Shown: one piece after another, positions 1 through 11,434 of the stretch
Position numbering within the stretch: position 1 is the stretch's first letter
Layout of the letters: the number at the start of each line of letters is the position of its first letter
Source of the DNA: Mobula hypostoma
Lineage: Eukaryota
DNA length: 64,000 nucleotides
Assembly (NCBI RefSeq): GCF_963921235.1
Contig: NC_086097.1
Location: 206,710,001 to 206,774,000 of the forward strand
Direction of reading: 5' to 3'
Program-made: the position numbers and the translations under genes
The notes under the pieces: model-generated
The model's input: only the letters and a program-made list of their open reading frames with translations
Told to the model about the DNA's origin: nothing
Databases searched by the model: none

Positions 1-134
1 TCTACATCTCAAGCTAATGGTCTTTCAAAATTAACTCTGGTGGAGTTTTGTTTGTTAAGAAGAAATACAAGATCTTGGAAGTAGACTTATGAGTCCATGG
101 AGGAGAATCAAAGAGCAAAATCACTTACAGAATT

Positions 135-636
135 ATACAGTATGACAGCACAGAAGCAGGCCTTTTGGCCCATCTATCCATGCCAATCTACTAATGTGCC
201 TAGTGGCATCAACCTGCACCTGAACCATAGCCCTCCCTACCCTTCCCATCCATGTATCTATACAAATTGCTCTTAAACATTGCATTCAAACCTGCACCCA
301 CTATTCTGCTGGCAGTTCATTCCACACTCTCAACACCATATGAGTAAAGAAGATCCCCCTCATGATCCCTTTAAACATTTCACCTCTCACCCTTTATCCA
401 TGACCTCTAGTTCAACTCACCCACCCTCAGTGGAAAATGACTGCCTGCATTTTTACTGTCTATGCCTCTCATAATTTTGTATATTACTATAAAAATTCCC
501 CTCATTCTCCTACGCTCCGGGGAATAAAGTCCAGACCTATTTAACCTTTCCCTATAGTTGAGGTCCTCAAATCCTAGCAACATCCTTGTAAGCTTTCTCT
601 GCATTCTTTCAATTTTATTGATATCTTTCCAGTAGG
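135..636 (-). mobile_element. CR1 LINE 3' fragment (decayed)
   Basis: ORF 407-604(-) QRKLTRMLLGFEDLNYRERLNRSGLYSPERRRMRG resembles the CR1 ORF2 C-terminus; CR1-type 3' UTR near 140-260. Confidence 0.85.
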
Positions 637-1896
637 TGTTGCTTTGCTTCTATTTAGTTTGCTCTTATGACATTATTAGGCTTGCAATCAAATCCATTGA
701 AATCTAGCAAAGAAGGATCTGGAGCAAATATAAAATTCATTTAGTTAGGAAATTGTGCTCGTAAATTCTATGATAATGTTGGTTCCCATTTGCAGGGATG
801 TGTTTAAATCAGATTTGGCACCAACTGCATTTCTGCAGAATAGTCAAAGCAAAAGTAGTTTTCTTCTTTGGCTGAGATCTTTTCCCGGCTGCAGGAAGCT
901 TTGAATGGCATTCAAAGTTAGTCAGTATAAATTGGTAGTCAATATACATTTTAAAGCAATATAAAATTTACAACAATAGCCTTGAAATTCAGACTGTCAG
1001 CTCTGTTACACACTGTTTATTTGTCTATAATGTGAGCTATTGTGATTATTTCCAGATGTTCAGTTTACAACTTCATGGTGTGATGAATATTCACTGTCCA
1101 GAGCCCAGGGGGCCTTTTTGTCAAGCTCAGCTTTCTAACACAGCAGCTAACACTTCTAGAGATCAAAGAGTTGCTTTGAGTAAAGTAAACTTCCAACCAA
1201 TATTGTTTGCTCAGCCTATCACCATAAACAAGAACCAGTCTTCAGTTCTGAGTGTACATTTCAAGAAATGATCAATCCAAAACTAAAAGGACAGCTTTGC
1301 AAATAAACAATATCGTCTATAGAGCACAGACTGCTGGCCCACAGCATGGGGTTGGCTGCACAAAAGATGCAGTCTAAGGCAATGGGCCTGCATCAAACCA
1401 GGCAAGATCGGCTAAATTTCTTAGTTCAAGGAAGTTTGCAAACCAGACTGATACCATCATTTAGCACATCAAATAGCTGATCTATCTGTAGTCAAGAGTT
1501 TTGCGTTCTCAGAGAATCTGCCTTCACAGCATTACTTGTGGGTATTTGGGATCTCTGTCACCAGAAGCTTTTAGACCATCTGTGTAAAGTCACCCACGTG
1601 GCAAAAAAAAGCAGCATAAATGTTAGAGAGCAGACAGGCTTGCTGGGAATAGTCAAGAGGTAACAAGAAGAATGGAAAGACAAGGTGACTAGATTTCATT
1701 CTGTGATGGACAACTCATTTGTCTGAAACTCATTGGTATGTATTTTTAGCTTATAGGAATTGTACCTGTGTTGCGGAAATCCTTTGAGTTTTAGACATCG
1801 TTTGTAATTGGAAATCTTTTATAAACTTGAAATCCTCCGTGAGATTTAAATGTGTTTTAAGAATTTTGTCTAAATTTAAAATGTTTCATTAAAAAT

Positions 1897-2324
1897 CCAG
1901 GTAGTGGGTAGTAGCTCCATATGTCACTACTACAGGGTGTGACGACCCTGCCTTACACGAGTCCCGGGCTCAGCTGGCTCCAGCTGACAGTACCTGGTAT
2001 GGGCCCCTATCCAGGGTTACAGATCCCACTGCCTTGTGGGTATCTTTGGGAGAAGAGAAGGCTAAGGAGTAAACCCTACACAAATCCTGAGTGGAGCCCC
2101 TCAGGCGGTTGGATGATGTATCACGTCACCTCTCGGCAGCTCCTGCAGCCAAGCTGATGCCAAATGTACTGTTTCACATTCCTTTGGACCACATCCACGA
2201 GGCCGAGAGGGGGATCTTGATGTCTAAGCAGCCCAGGATCTCCATATTCATCGTCCAAGTCTGCATCCCGGAACTATACCGGGCACATCCATTCTCTACT
2301 TAGACAGACGGAGCCATTACATTA
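1897..2324 (+). mobile_element. Non-autonomous RTE-derived retroelement (RTE 5'UTR joined to RTE 3' end)
   Basis: 10-bp TSD CATTAAAAAT at 1887-1896 and 2325-2334; (CATTA)n tail; GC-rich body with GGAGAAGAGAAGGCTAAGGAGTAAACCC, recalled from RTE 5'UTRs; no RT ORF. Confidence 0.65.
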
Positions 2325-3604
2325 CATTAAAAATAAATTAACTGTCTATAAACTGTGTTGTTATCTGGAAGTATCTCCTGCTGGCTAGCGAGGTGGAACC
2401 CACCACTCAAATAAGGGTATTGGCAGCTAAACATGCCATGGAGGATAAACTGGGAAGTGATCTAGACTTTGAAGAGTAGGTGGTGGCAGTATAACCTCCC
2501 TTTATTGAAGGTAGCCATAGCTATCTATATTGGACAGGGTTTAAGATTTTCAGTTGAGTTCAGACCTTCATGGACAGTAAATCCAACTATTTTTGTACAT
2601 CCGATGTATTTTCTTCAACAGACATACACACATCCAAAGACTTCACTCACAGATGCTCCATTTGGAGTGAAGCAGGGGAAATTAGAGCACTTGCAATACA
2701 GCCTTTCTTTTAATAATTTTACTCAGGTCTGGGAAAGCACTGTGTAGAAACACTGAGCTTTGAAGGCAACAGTCATTAATGAGCTCTACAATGACACACT
2801 GACATGCCTTTTAGGTTGCACATCATTTCTAGGTCATTATTTATCACCCACAACCACATTTAAAGTGAAATGCATGAAATAACATAAACAGGAATTGGGT
2901 TTATTTGTTGGTTGCAGATTTTTCCTTCAGAAAACTTTTAACAAAACTCAGTTGTTGTAGGTGTTGTACATTTCTGCCAGCCTGGATATTATATTTTAGT
3001 TTCTGTGCTCCATCTGCCACGGAGGTTTTATTTTGCCCTGCTGGAAGGAATTAGGGTTGAGGGAAAGGCGCTTGTTGATGACTGGATTGGACTTGAAAGC
3101 TTGAAGTGGGGTTTAGCTGAAGACTATGACTCATTTGAGGTCCCTAGGGGAAGAGCTGAGATCTGAGTAATTCACTTCAGTAATTATGATAAGAATGCTC
3201 AATAAACACAATAGCCTAATTATTGTTGCACGGATTACCAGAAGAATCCCTAGTGTGTCCCTAATATGTCATTTCTTCATCTGCAACCTGAGGGCAGGTG
3301 TTAACAAATATCTTTTTAAAATGTCCCGTGAGTACGTTAATGTTTGGTTGGAGGTCTCATCAATGAAAATTTCTCTGCTGGAATTTTTTCAGTGAGTTCC
3401 TCTCCTGTATTGACAATGTAAAGCAATTGCTTGAAAGAATTAAAAAGGCTGGGTACTAGACTCACTATAAAATAGCTGGCACCATCGTGGGAAGATGGTG
3501 GACTAGACATTTTGAAATGTGAAATTATTTGATGATTTTATTATCACTTTGAGTAAGATGGCCAAAAATTTGATTTGTACGTTTTATGCCCTATTGAAAT
3601 ACAG

Positions 3605-5925
3605 TCATCATCTTCATCAGGTGCCATGTCCAGATTGAGCTTTGACTGCCATGACCCACACACTCCTTTTTCGGATCAAGTGGATCAATTCATTGGTATT
3701 CATTTCCAGTTCTCTGGCTGCTGTCTCCATCATCATTTGTCTTTGCCTTCCTTTTGCTTTCTTCCCTTCAATCTTTCCCATAATTACCATGCATTCTAAC
3801 ACCTCTTTCCTAACCATATGTCCAATGAAGTTACATTGCCTTTTCATGATCTCATACATTATTTCTCTTTTTTGTGCTTGCTCTGTTCATGACATCCTCG
3901 TTAGATATTCCTTTTGTCCATAATATTCTTTGCATCCTCCTCAAAAACCACATCTCTGCTGCTTCAATTCGTTTCCTCATGTTACTAGATATTGTTCAAC
4001 ATTCTGATCCATATAATATAACTGGATAAACGTAACATTTCAGTATTCTGAGGCGGGTTGTCATGCCTAGTTTAGTATTAGTCAGTATTCCCTTCATTCT
4101 CGTAAAGGTGTCTTTTGTCATCCCTATTCTTCTTTTGATGTCCATGTCGCACCTGCCATCCGATGTCATCCAGCTTCCTAAGTAGCAAAAGTTCTGTACT
4201 TGTTTTATGTCTTCCCCATTTATTCTCAGCCTGCAGAAAGGATTCTCCTTCTTTTTGGATATCACCATACATTCTGCCTTTTTGCAATTGATAGATAGAA
4301 CCATTTTTGCACTTTCTTCAACAACTATATCAAGTTTTGTAGTTCTTCCTCCGTACTTGCAATTAACAATGTCATCCGCATATCTAAAATTATTGATGTT
4401 TTCACTGCCAACTTTGATTCCCAAGATGTCTCTTATTTTTTGTAATATTGTTTCACTGTACACATTAAATAAATCAGGGGAGAAAACACACCCTTGTCTA
4501 ACGCCTCTCTTGATTTTCATAAACTGACTCACTTCTCCATCTATTCTTACAGCAGCAGTTTGTTCCCAGTACAGGTTTCTGATTAGGCAGAGGTCTTTCA
4601 AATCTAGATCTATAGTTTCCTGTAATATTTCAAATAACTTATTGTGCTTCACTTTATCAAATGCTTTTGTGTAGTCGATAAAACAAACTAACAAATCTTT
4701 TTGCACTTGAATAGCTCATTCTGATAGTATCCTTAACATCAATATCACGTTTCTTGTACCTTTGTCTTTCACAAAACCACATTGTTCTTTACCTATTTCA
4801 GCTTGTATCTTACTTTTAGCTCTTGTCATCAAAATTCTTAGAAATATCTTAGTGATATGACTCATTAAACTTATGGTCCTATGTAATTCACATTCTATTG
4901 CTCCAGGTTTCTTAGGAAGAGTGATAAATACTGATTTTTTCATCTCTTCTGGTATTATTCCAGTCTCATAAATGTCATTGATTAAATCAGTAAGTTTTTC
5001 AATTCCATAATCTTCAAGGGTGATAGTTTGTTCTATTACTAATTCACCAGGACCTGCTGCCTTTCCTTTCTTCATCTTATTTATTGCATTATGAACATTA
5101 GATTTTAAAATACTTGGACCTTCAGTGTTCTTCTTAATTTCTGGGTTAGTTTGTTCTATTACTAATTCACCAGGACCTGCTGCCTTTCCTTTCTTCATCT
5201 TATTTATTGCATTATGAACATTAGATTTTAAAATACTTGGACCTTCAGTGTTCTTCTTAATTTCTGGGTTAGTTTGTTCTATTACTAATTCACCAGGACC
5301 TGCTGCCTTTCCTTTCTTCATCTTATTTATTGCATTATGAACATTAGATTTTAAAATACTTGGACCTTCAGTGTTCTTCTTAATTTCTGGGTTTTCACCT
5401 CGATCGTCTTCAAACAATTCCTAAATATACTCAGTCCATTTTTTCATAATCTGATCTTTTTGCATGATAATGGTACCGTCCTTTGCTTTCAAACATATAC
5501 CTGAAGAATAGAGGAGCTTTTTACCGGTGATATTCTTGATTTGTTGATGTACCCTTTTTGGATCAGTAATAGGGATTCTTTCTAGTTACTCACATTCCTG
5601 GTTTAACCATTCCTCTTTGGCTTTTTGACATAAGCTTTTAACTTTTTTATCTAAGGACTTATATTCCATAGGATTTACTTTCTTCAGTCTCCTTTCTTCC
5701 ATTAGATTTTTGATTTCATCTGTCATCCATTCATTCTTTGTGCTTTTTTTCTTTGTTAGGAATCACTGACTTTGTTGATTCTACCAAAGCATCCTTCAGA
5801 GAGTTAAACTTTACTTCGACATGATTGCTATCATTTTCAACAGATTCTATTTCTAGACTTTGAAATCTATTCCTCACTTCAATTGTAAATTTTTGTCTTA
5901 AGTTTTCTTCTTTAATTAGTTGACT
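3605..5925 (-). mobile_element. RTE-clade LINE, 5'-truncated and frameshifted
   Basis: ORFs 4716-5417, 3996-4706 and 3617-3859(-): RTISLMSHITKI, FIDYTKAFDKV, GVRQGCVFSP, FRYADD, LYGSE; (TGA)n-like tail at 3605-3619. Confidence 0.93.
5024..5392. repeat. Exact tandem triplication, 3 x 123 bp (41 codons), inside the RTE ORF
   Basis: Units start at 5024, 5147 and 5270; peptide NPEIKKNTEGPSILKSNVHNAINKMKKGKAAGPGELVIEQT occurs three times in ORF 4716-5417(-). Confidence 0.97.
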
Positions 5926-6175
5926 TTATTACTGTAAACCAAAGATTTAGAAACTCAGTGACTCAATGCAAAACATATCCAGGTACAGACTGTAATAGTG
6001 ACCATAACTCAGTAATATGTCATGTGAAAGTAAAACTTAAAAAACTAAAGAAGCAAACACATGAACAATCCCTTGACTACTCACAATTAATTAAAGAAGA
6101 AAATTTAAGACAAAAATTTATAATTGAAGTAACTAATAGGTTTCAAGGTCTAGAAATAGAATCTGTTGAAGATGA
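5926..6175 (+). mobile_element. Inverted 5' segment of the same RTE family (end of AP-endonuclease domain)
   Basis: ORF 5958-6218(+) CKTYPGTDCNSDHNSVICHVKVKL (SDH motif); 6079-6175 is a diverged reverse complement of about 5830-5925. Confidence 0.85.
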
Positions 6176-6482
6176 AAAACAATATTCGGTTGGTTACAGT
6201 GAGTTTAGAGCTTTATAATATTTGAAAGGCAGAGTGACGTTTAATCCCATGCATCACTATATATGAAGGACACATACAGAAAACATGCCAAGGTCAATCT
6301 CTTTGGAGCATATGAATGTTGAAGTAGTGAAGTTGAGGCAACCTTATGATATCAAGTTATGATTCTGGTATCCCACATTTTCAATGACGCAATTTTGTGT
6401 TGTTTCATCTGATTTTAACAACACGTGGCGTCATTATCCTTTTTTCAGAATGATATGGATGATATCATATCCAATGATATGG

Positions 6483-7361
6483 ATGGTCTAGAGGGCTGTC
6501 AGAGGTTACAGCAGGACATTGATAGGATGCAAAAATGGGCTGAGAAGTGGCAGATGGAGTTCAACCCAGATAAGTGTGAAGTGGTTCATTTTGGTAGGTC
6601 AAATATGATGACAGAATATAGTATTAATGGTAAGACCCTTGGCAGTGTGGAGGATCAGAGAGATCTTGGGGTCCAAGTCCATAGGACACTCAAGGCTGCT
6701 GCACAGATTGACTCTGTGGAGAAGAAAGCATACAGAGTGTTGGCCTTCATCAATCGTGGGATTGAGTTTAGAGCTGAGAGTTAATGTTGCAGCTATATAG
6801 GATCCTGGTCAGACCCCACTTGGAGTACTGTGCTCAGTTCTGTTCGCCTCACTACAGGAAGGACGTGGAAACCATAGAAAGGGTGCAGAAGAGATTTACA
6901 AGGATGTTGCCTAGATTGGGGAGCATGCCTTATGAGAACAGGTTGAGTGAACTTGGCCTTTTTTCTTTGGAGCGACGGAGGATGAGAGATGAGCTGATAG
7001 AGGTGTATAAGATGATGAGAGGCATTGATCATGTGGATAGTCAGAGGCTATTTGCTGAAATAGTTAGCATGAGAGGGCACAGTTTTAAGCTGCTTGGAAG
7101 TACTGTAGGTACAGAGGAGATATCAGGGGTAAGTTTTTACACAGAGAGTAGTGAGTGCGTGGAATGGGCTGCCGGCGACGGTTGTGGAGGCGGATACGAT
7201 AGGGTCTTTTAAGAGACTCCTGGATGGATACATGGAGCTTAGAAAAATAGAGGGCTATGGGTAATCACAGGTAATTTCTCAAGTAAGGACATGTTTGGCA
7301 CAACTTTGTGGGCCGATGGGCCTTTATTGTGCTGAAGGTTTTTTCTATGATTTCTATGTTT
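6483..7361 (+). mobile_element. CR1 LINE 3' fragment
   Basis: ORFs 6425-6784 and 6784-7212: WAEKWQMEFNPDKCEVVHFG, LVRPHLEYCAQF; TTTCTATG-type tail at about 7342-7361. Confidence 0.93.
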
Positions 7362-9369
7362 TCCTTATGAAATCACTGTGCCATTGATCTTTCTGGCCAG
7401 CTCCTCTCTCTTCTGCCTCCAGTGAGTCCTGCACATGATTAGTGTCCCTGATGCTCATCCCTCAACAAGCTCTCTGGAGTGATCTAGATCAGAAGTACGT
7501 AGATAATGCAGATTATGTGAAACAGACAATGTAAATAGGTAGGGCAGATAGCAGATATTGTGAAGCAGCAACTCGAACAGTTGCATTGCGGTACCGTCCC
7601 AATTATCTTACTGAAATCTTTCACTTTCATACTGCAAAATTAAAAATGTCATTAAATATTTAGTCTGACTTGCGCCTGTGTTTATGTTTGTCAATTTCTG
7701 ACGACAATTGCCAAAATAAAAGTTCTAGAACTTTGTTATATGATTTCTTTGGAAAAAGTGAATATAAAAATGTCTTCCCATTAACTTGCAAATATGTTAC
7801 TCAAAAACTTTAGTCAAAGATTCTGGGAGTTAACAATATCTAGCAGATTAACAATATCAAAACAACTAAATTATTGCATGGTCTGAACAACTTCAATTTA
7901 TACATTCATCCACGTTCAAGAAAACGCATATTTAACTTTAATGAGGAAAAATCCAATATAAAAAGTCCTTCAATATCCCAAATGCAACAATAATCTCCTC
8001 AAAATAATTTGATTAACATTAGCAGTGAAGTCCCATGCAGATGACCAATTTCATGCAGAATTTCAACAAGTTAAAATTATATTTCATTTTTTAACAGATT
8101 ATAGATAGAAATTTTTCTCAATCATCAATTAATGGGAAGATACTTTCATGTTCACTTTTTCAAATAAATCACATAACAAAATTTTAGAACTTTTATTTTG
8201 GCAATAGTGATGAGTCGGATAGTAAGTAAGGTAACGCCCCAAAGTTTTCCTCACCTGCCTTAATATTACTCTCCGTCAATTAGGATGGAGAGATTTGACA
8301 GAATCCCAACAGAGTTTACTCTGCAGGATCAACTCAAATTACCAAAATATATTCTGCTCTTTTTATACTGTCGTTAGTGTGTGCAACCTAAGAAAATCGT
8401 TCCTTACGTAGCTTTGCTATCTTCCCTTAAATTAGACATTCTGACAAATAACACAGATCAAAATATTTTTCATGAACATTTCAGTTTTAGACCTCCAGAC
8501 ACTATGTTGTAACTTCAGCTTACCTTTAATATTTCACTCAAGTCAAAAGTGGAGCATTTTTCTAAAACTCACATTAACACCAATATAAAATTCTCTGGCT
8601 GGGAATGTTGAAACAAACTTGCTGACTAACTTTGTACTCTGTTATTTACTCACTACACAAAGAAAATGCTGTCCATTCAAAACACATTTCTAAACTCTTT
8701 TCACAGAAACTGAGTGAACAAATGATTCATGCCCTGAGCTGTAGTCATCCGATGAAGCCCAGTGATAGCTCCAGGGCATGGAACCAAGTGACACGGGCAG
8801 TAATCTTTATAGGGAGCTTTTTGTGCCCTCTTTCGAAAACTTTTCTCAAACTTTGACAACATTGTTTCACTCATTCTTTTCAAAGTATTTGGCACCAGTC
8901 TTTAGCTGTCGTTATGCATTTTATTCATTTTTCTCACAGCCGATTTGGCAATTCACGTTTTGAATTCATCCCCCCACCCCCCAACAACTCCCTCTCCTCG
9001 AGCTGTTAGCTCTTGCTGGGTAGTAGTTCCAGCAGCTTGATAGCTCACCCACATAGAAGGTTTTCACATGTTCGAATGAGCAGTCAGCTGTTTGTAATGA
9101 GGAACAGAAAACCTGTCTGCATTTTTCCCATCATAGCCCAGAGGTGCTGTGGCCAGATTTTGTGCACTGAACATCTTGGAATTTAAATCCTAAACGGCCC
9201 ACAATCCTATCCCCATTTTTCTAGTCTGACTTCTCATTAGAGTTACCGAGAATCTAATCAGGGATTGACAAACATAAACACAGGCACAGGTCAGGCTAAG
9301 CATTTGGCAGACTAAGGCCATCTTTAATTTTGCAATATGAAAATGAAGGCTTTCGGGAATATAAATAGG

Positions 9370-9672
9370 ATGGTACAGCAATACAGCAGTTTGAGTTGCT
9401 GCTCCACAGTGCTGGGTTCAGGTTTAACCTCGGATACTCTCTGTGGAGTTTGCACATTTACCCTGGCTCAGTGCGAGTTTCTTCTGAATGCTCTGGATTA
9501 CTCCTATGTCCCAAAGGTGTGCTGTAAATTGCCCTTTATAAGTAATCTGGGAGAAATTGATGGGAGCGTAGAAGAGGAGAATGGGATTAGTGCAGGATTA
9601 GAGTAAATGGGTGCTGTGTGGATATTGTGTATGATTTGGCCAAAGGGCCTGTTTTGGTTTTGTATGACTCCA
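9370..9672 (+). mobile_element. tRNA-derived V-domain SINE (old)
   Basis: tRNA-like head (GGTTCA...), then GGAGTTTGCACATTTACCC...GAGTTTCTTCTGAATGCTCTGG resembling the V domain, then a CR1-like tail (GGCCAAAGGGCCTGTTT). Confidence 0.6.
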
Positions 9673-10094
9673 TGAAATTGTTATTCATGCATGTTAGGCA
9701 TGGTATATTAAAGCACGTGCAATTGAGAACCTTATGAATTTTTAATCTAAATTACATCTGTCATAAAAATGCATTAAAGGGAAACAGAAAATATTGTGCT
9801 GTTCTTATAGAAAATTACAACTGTCTCAAAAATTGCAAATAAACTATAACCTGTGCAAATTCTAAAAATTTGGTCATAATTTCAAGTTCATACCAAATGC
9901 AGGAATCTTACATGTGTAGCTTTATAATTTGGGGGAAAGAGGCCACTTTTATGATGGGGGGAGGGATTGACAGACCAACAGTGCAAAGAATCAAACTATG
10001 ATTATCCAGGCAACTCACTTTTGTGAAAATTTCATGATTTTTTAAATTATATAGTGTTTTGGCTCCCTGGTTAAATGTGTCTTTGGGAGCAAAA

Positions 10095-10705
10095 TTCAGA
10101 ATCATAATATCACTGCCATATTTAATGAAATTTGTTGTTTATGCAGCAGGCATACATGTCAATGTATAATAATAAATAAAACTTTAAATAACAATAAGAA
10201 AAATATATGTATAAATTAAATTAAATAAGTAGCACAAAAAGAGAGCAAAATAAAAGTGAGGTTGTGTTAATGGGTTCATTGTCCATTCAGAAATCTGGAT
10301 GGCGAAGGGGAAGAAGTTGTTCCTAAAATGTTGAATGTGTCTCTCCAGGCTCCTGTACCTCCTCCTGGATGGTAGCAATGAGAAGAGCGCATGTCCTGAG
10401 TGATGGGATCCTTAATAATGGATGCTGCATTTTGAAGATGTCCTTGATGCTGGAGAGGCTGGTGCCTGTGGTGGAGTTGGCTGGGCTTGCAACTTTCTGC
10501 ACCTTTTTCTGATATGGTGCAGTGGCGCCTCCATACCAGATGGGATTGCAACCAATTAGAACGCTCCCCACAATACATCTGTAGAAATTTGCCGGTGCGT
10601 TAAGTGACATACCAAGTCTCCTCAAACTTCTAATGAAATATAGTCACTCTTATGCCTTCTGTGTAATTTTATCAATGTGTTGGCCCCAGGATAGATCTTC
10701 AGAGA
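10095..10705 (-). mobile_element. Rex1/Babar-like (L2-group) LINE 3' fragment
   Basis: Minus-strand peptides NFYRCIVGSVLIGC..WYG and LPSRRRYRSL..FRNNFFPFAI. Confidence 0.75.
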
Positions 10706-11049
10706 TTTTCAAAGCTCAAAATATACAATGTACTTTAAAAAATGTATTTTATACTCTTACACTTATATTGTTGCAGTTTAATATGGCACATTAAACCAAG
10801 TGTGTATATGTAACTGGCAGTCTGTAGTGACACATAATCACCACAGTATAGTCAGTGCAATTGTGATTTTTTTAAGCATGGAAATTAAAATGATTAACTC
10901 ACTAATTTGATTCCGAATGTAGAATTCCGTAGGCAACTCTCACTATTCACCAAACTTAGATAGTTCTTTACAACACCAAAATTATATAAAATATAAAGTC
11001 CAATCACAGATGCACAAAGAATAAGAATATCTTTCAAACATTCATTGTT

Positions 11050-11434
11050 TTGTACATGAAAGGTCCGTTTAGGAGTCTGATAACCCATGGATAGAAGCTA
11101 GTGAACAGTCTCAACCCGTAATATCGAGTTTTTATTTCTTTCCATAGATGCTGCCAGACCTGATGAATTCCTCCAGCATTTTGTGTGTGTTATTTTGGAT
11201 TTCCAGCATCTGCAGAATCTCTTGTGTTTATGGATGGAAGCTATCCATGGTTTAAGTGTTACAGCATATGCGCTCAAGCTTTTGTATTTCTGTGCAATTG
11301 GAAAGTGGAGAAGAGAAAATGACTGGTGTTGGAGGGGTAAATCATCATGTTAATTACCTTCTGGAAGGAGCAAGAAGTGTGGATGGAGTCAATGGAGGGG
11401 AGGCTGGTTTGCATGATGAACTTAGCAGCATTTA
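11050..11434 (-). mobile_element. Rex1-like LINE remnant, continued at about 13995-14290 after a nested CR1
   Basis: Peptide IMQTSLPSIDSIHTS..KVINMMIYPS (11274-11498, minus); similar sequence resumes at 13995 (TTTCTTGCAGTCTTGG...GAGCAGTTGC). Confidence 0.6.
11101..11229 (+). mobile_element. Penelope-derived short insert, single arm
   Basis: 14-bp TSD ATGGAT(A/G)GAAGCTA at 11087-11100 and 11230-11243; CCATAGATGCTGCC...TTCCTCCAGCATTTTGTGTGTGTT...TTTCCAGCATCTGCAGAAT resembles the right part of 37642-37910. Confidence 0.75.

Noticed and set aside
899..917. Short inverted repeat CTTTGAATG-G-CATTCAAAG
   Set aside because: A 9-bp stem is plausible by chance in 64 kb of AT-rich DNA and is too short for a pre-miRNA
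1900..2000. HDV-like ribozyme at the 5' end of the RTE-derived element
   Set aside because: I could not assign a P1 partner strand or a convincing L3/P1.1 by eye; needs a descriptor search on the family consensus
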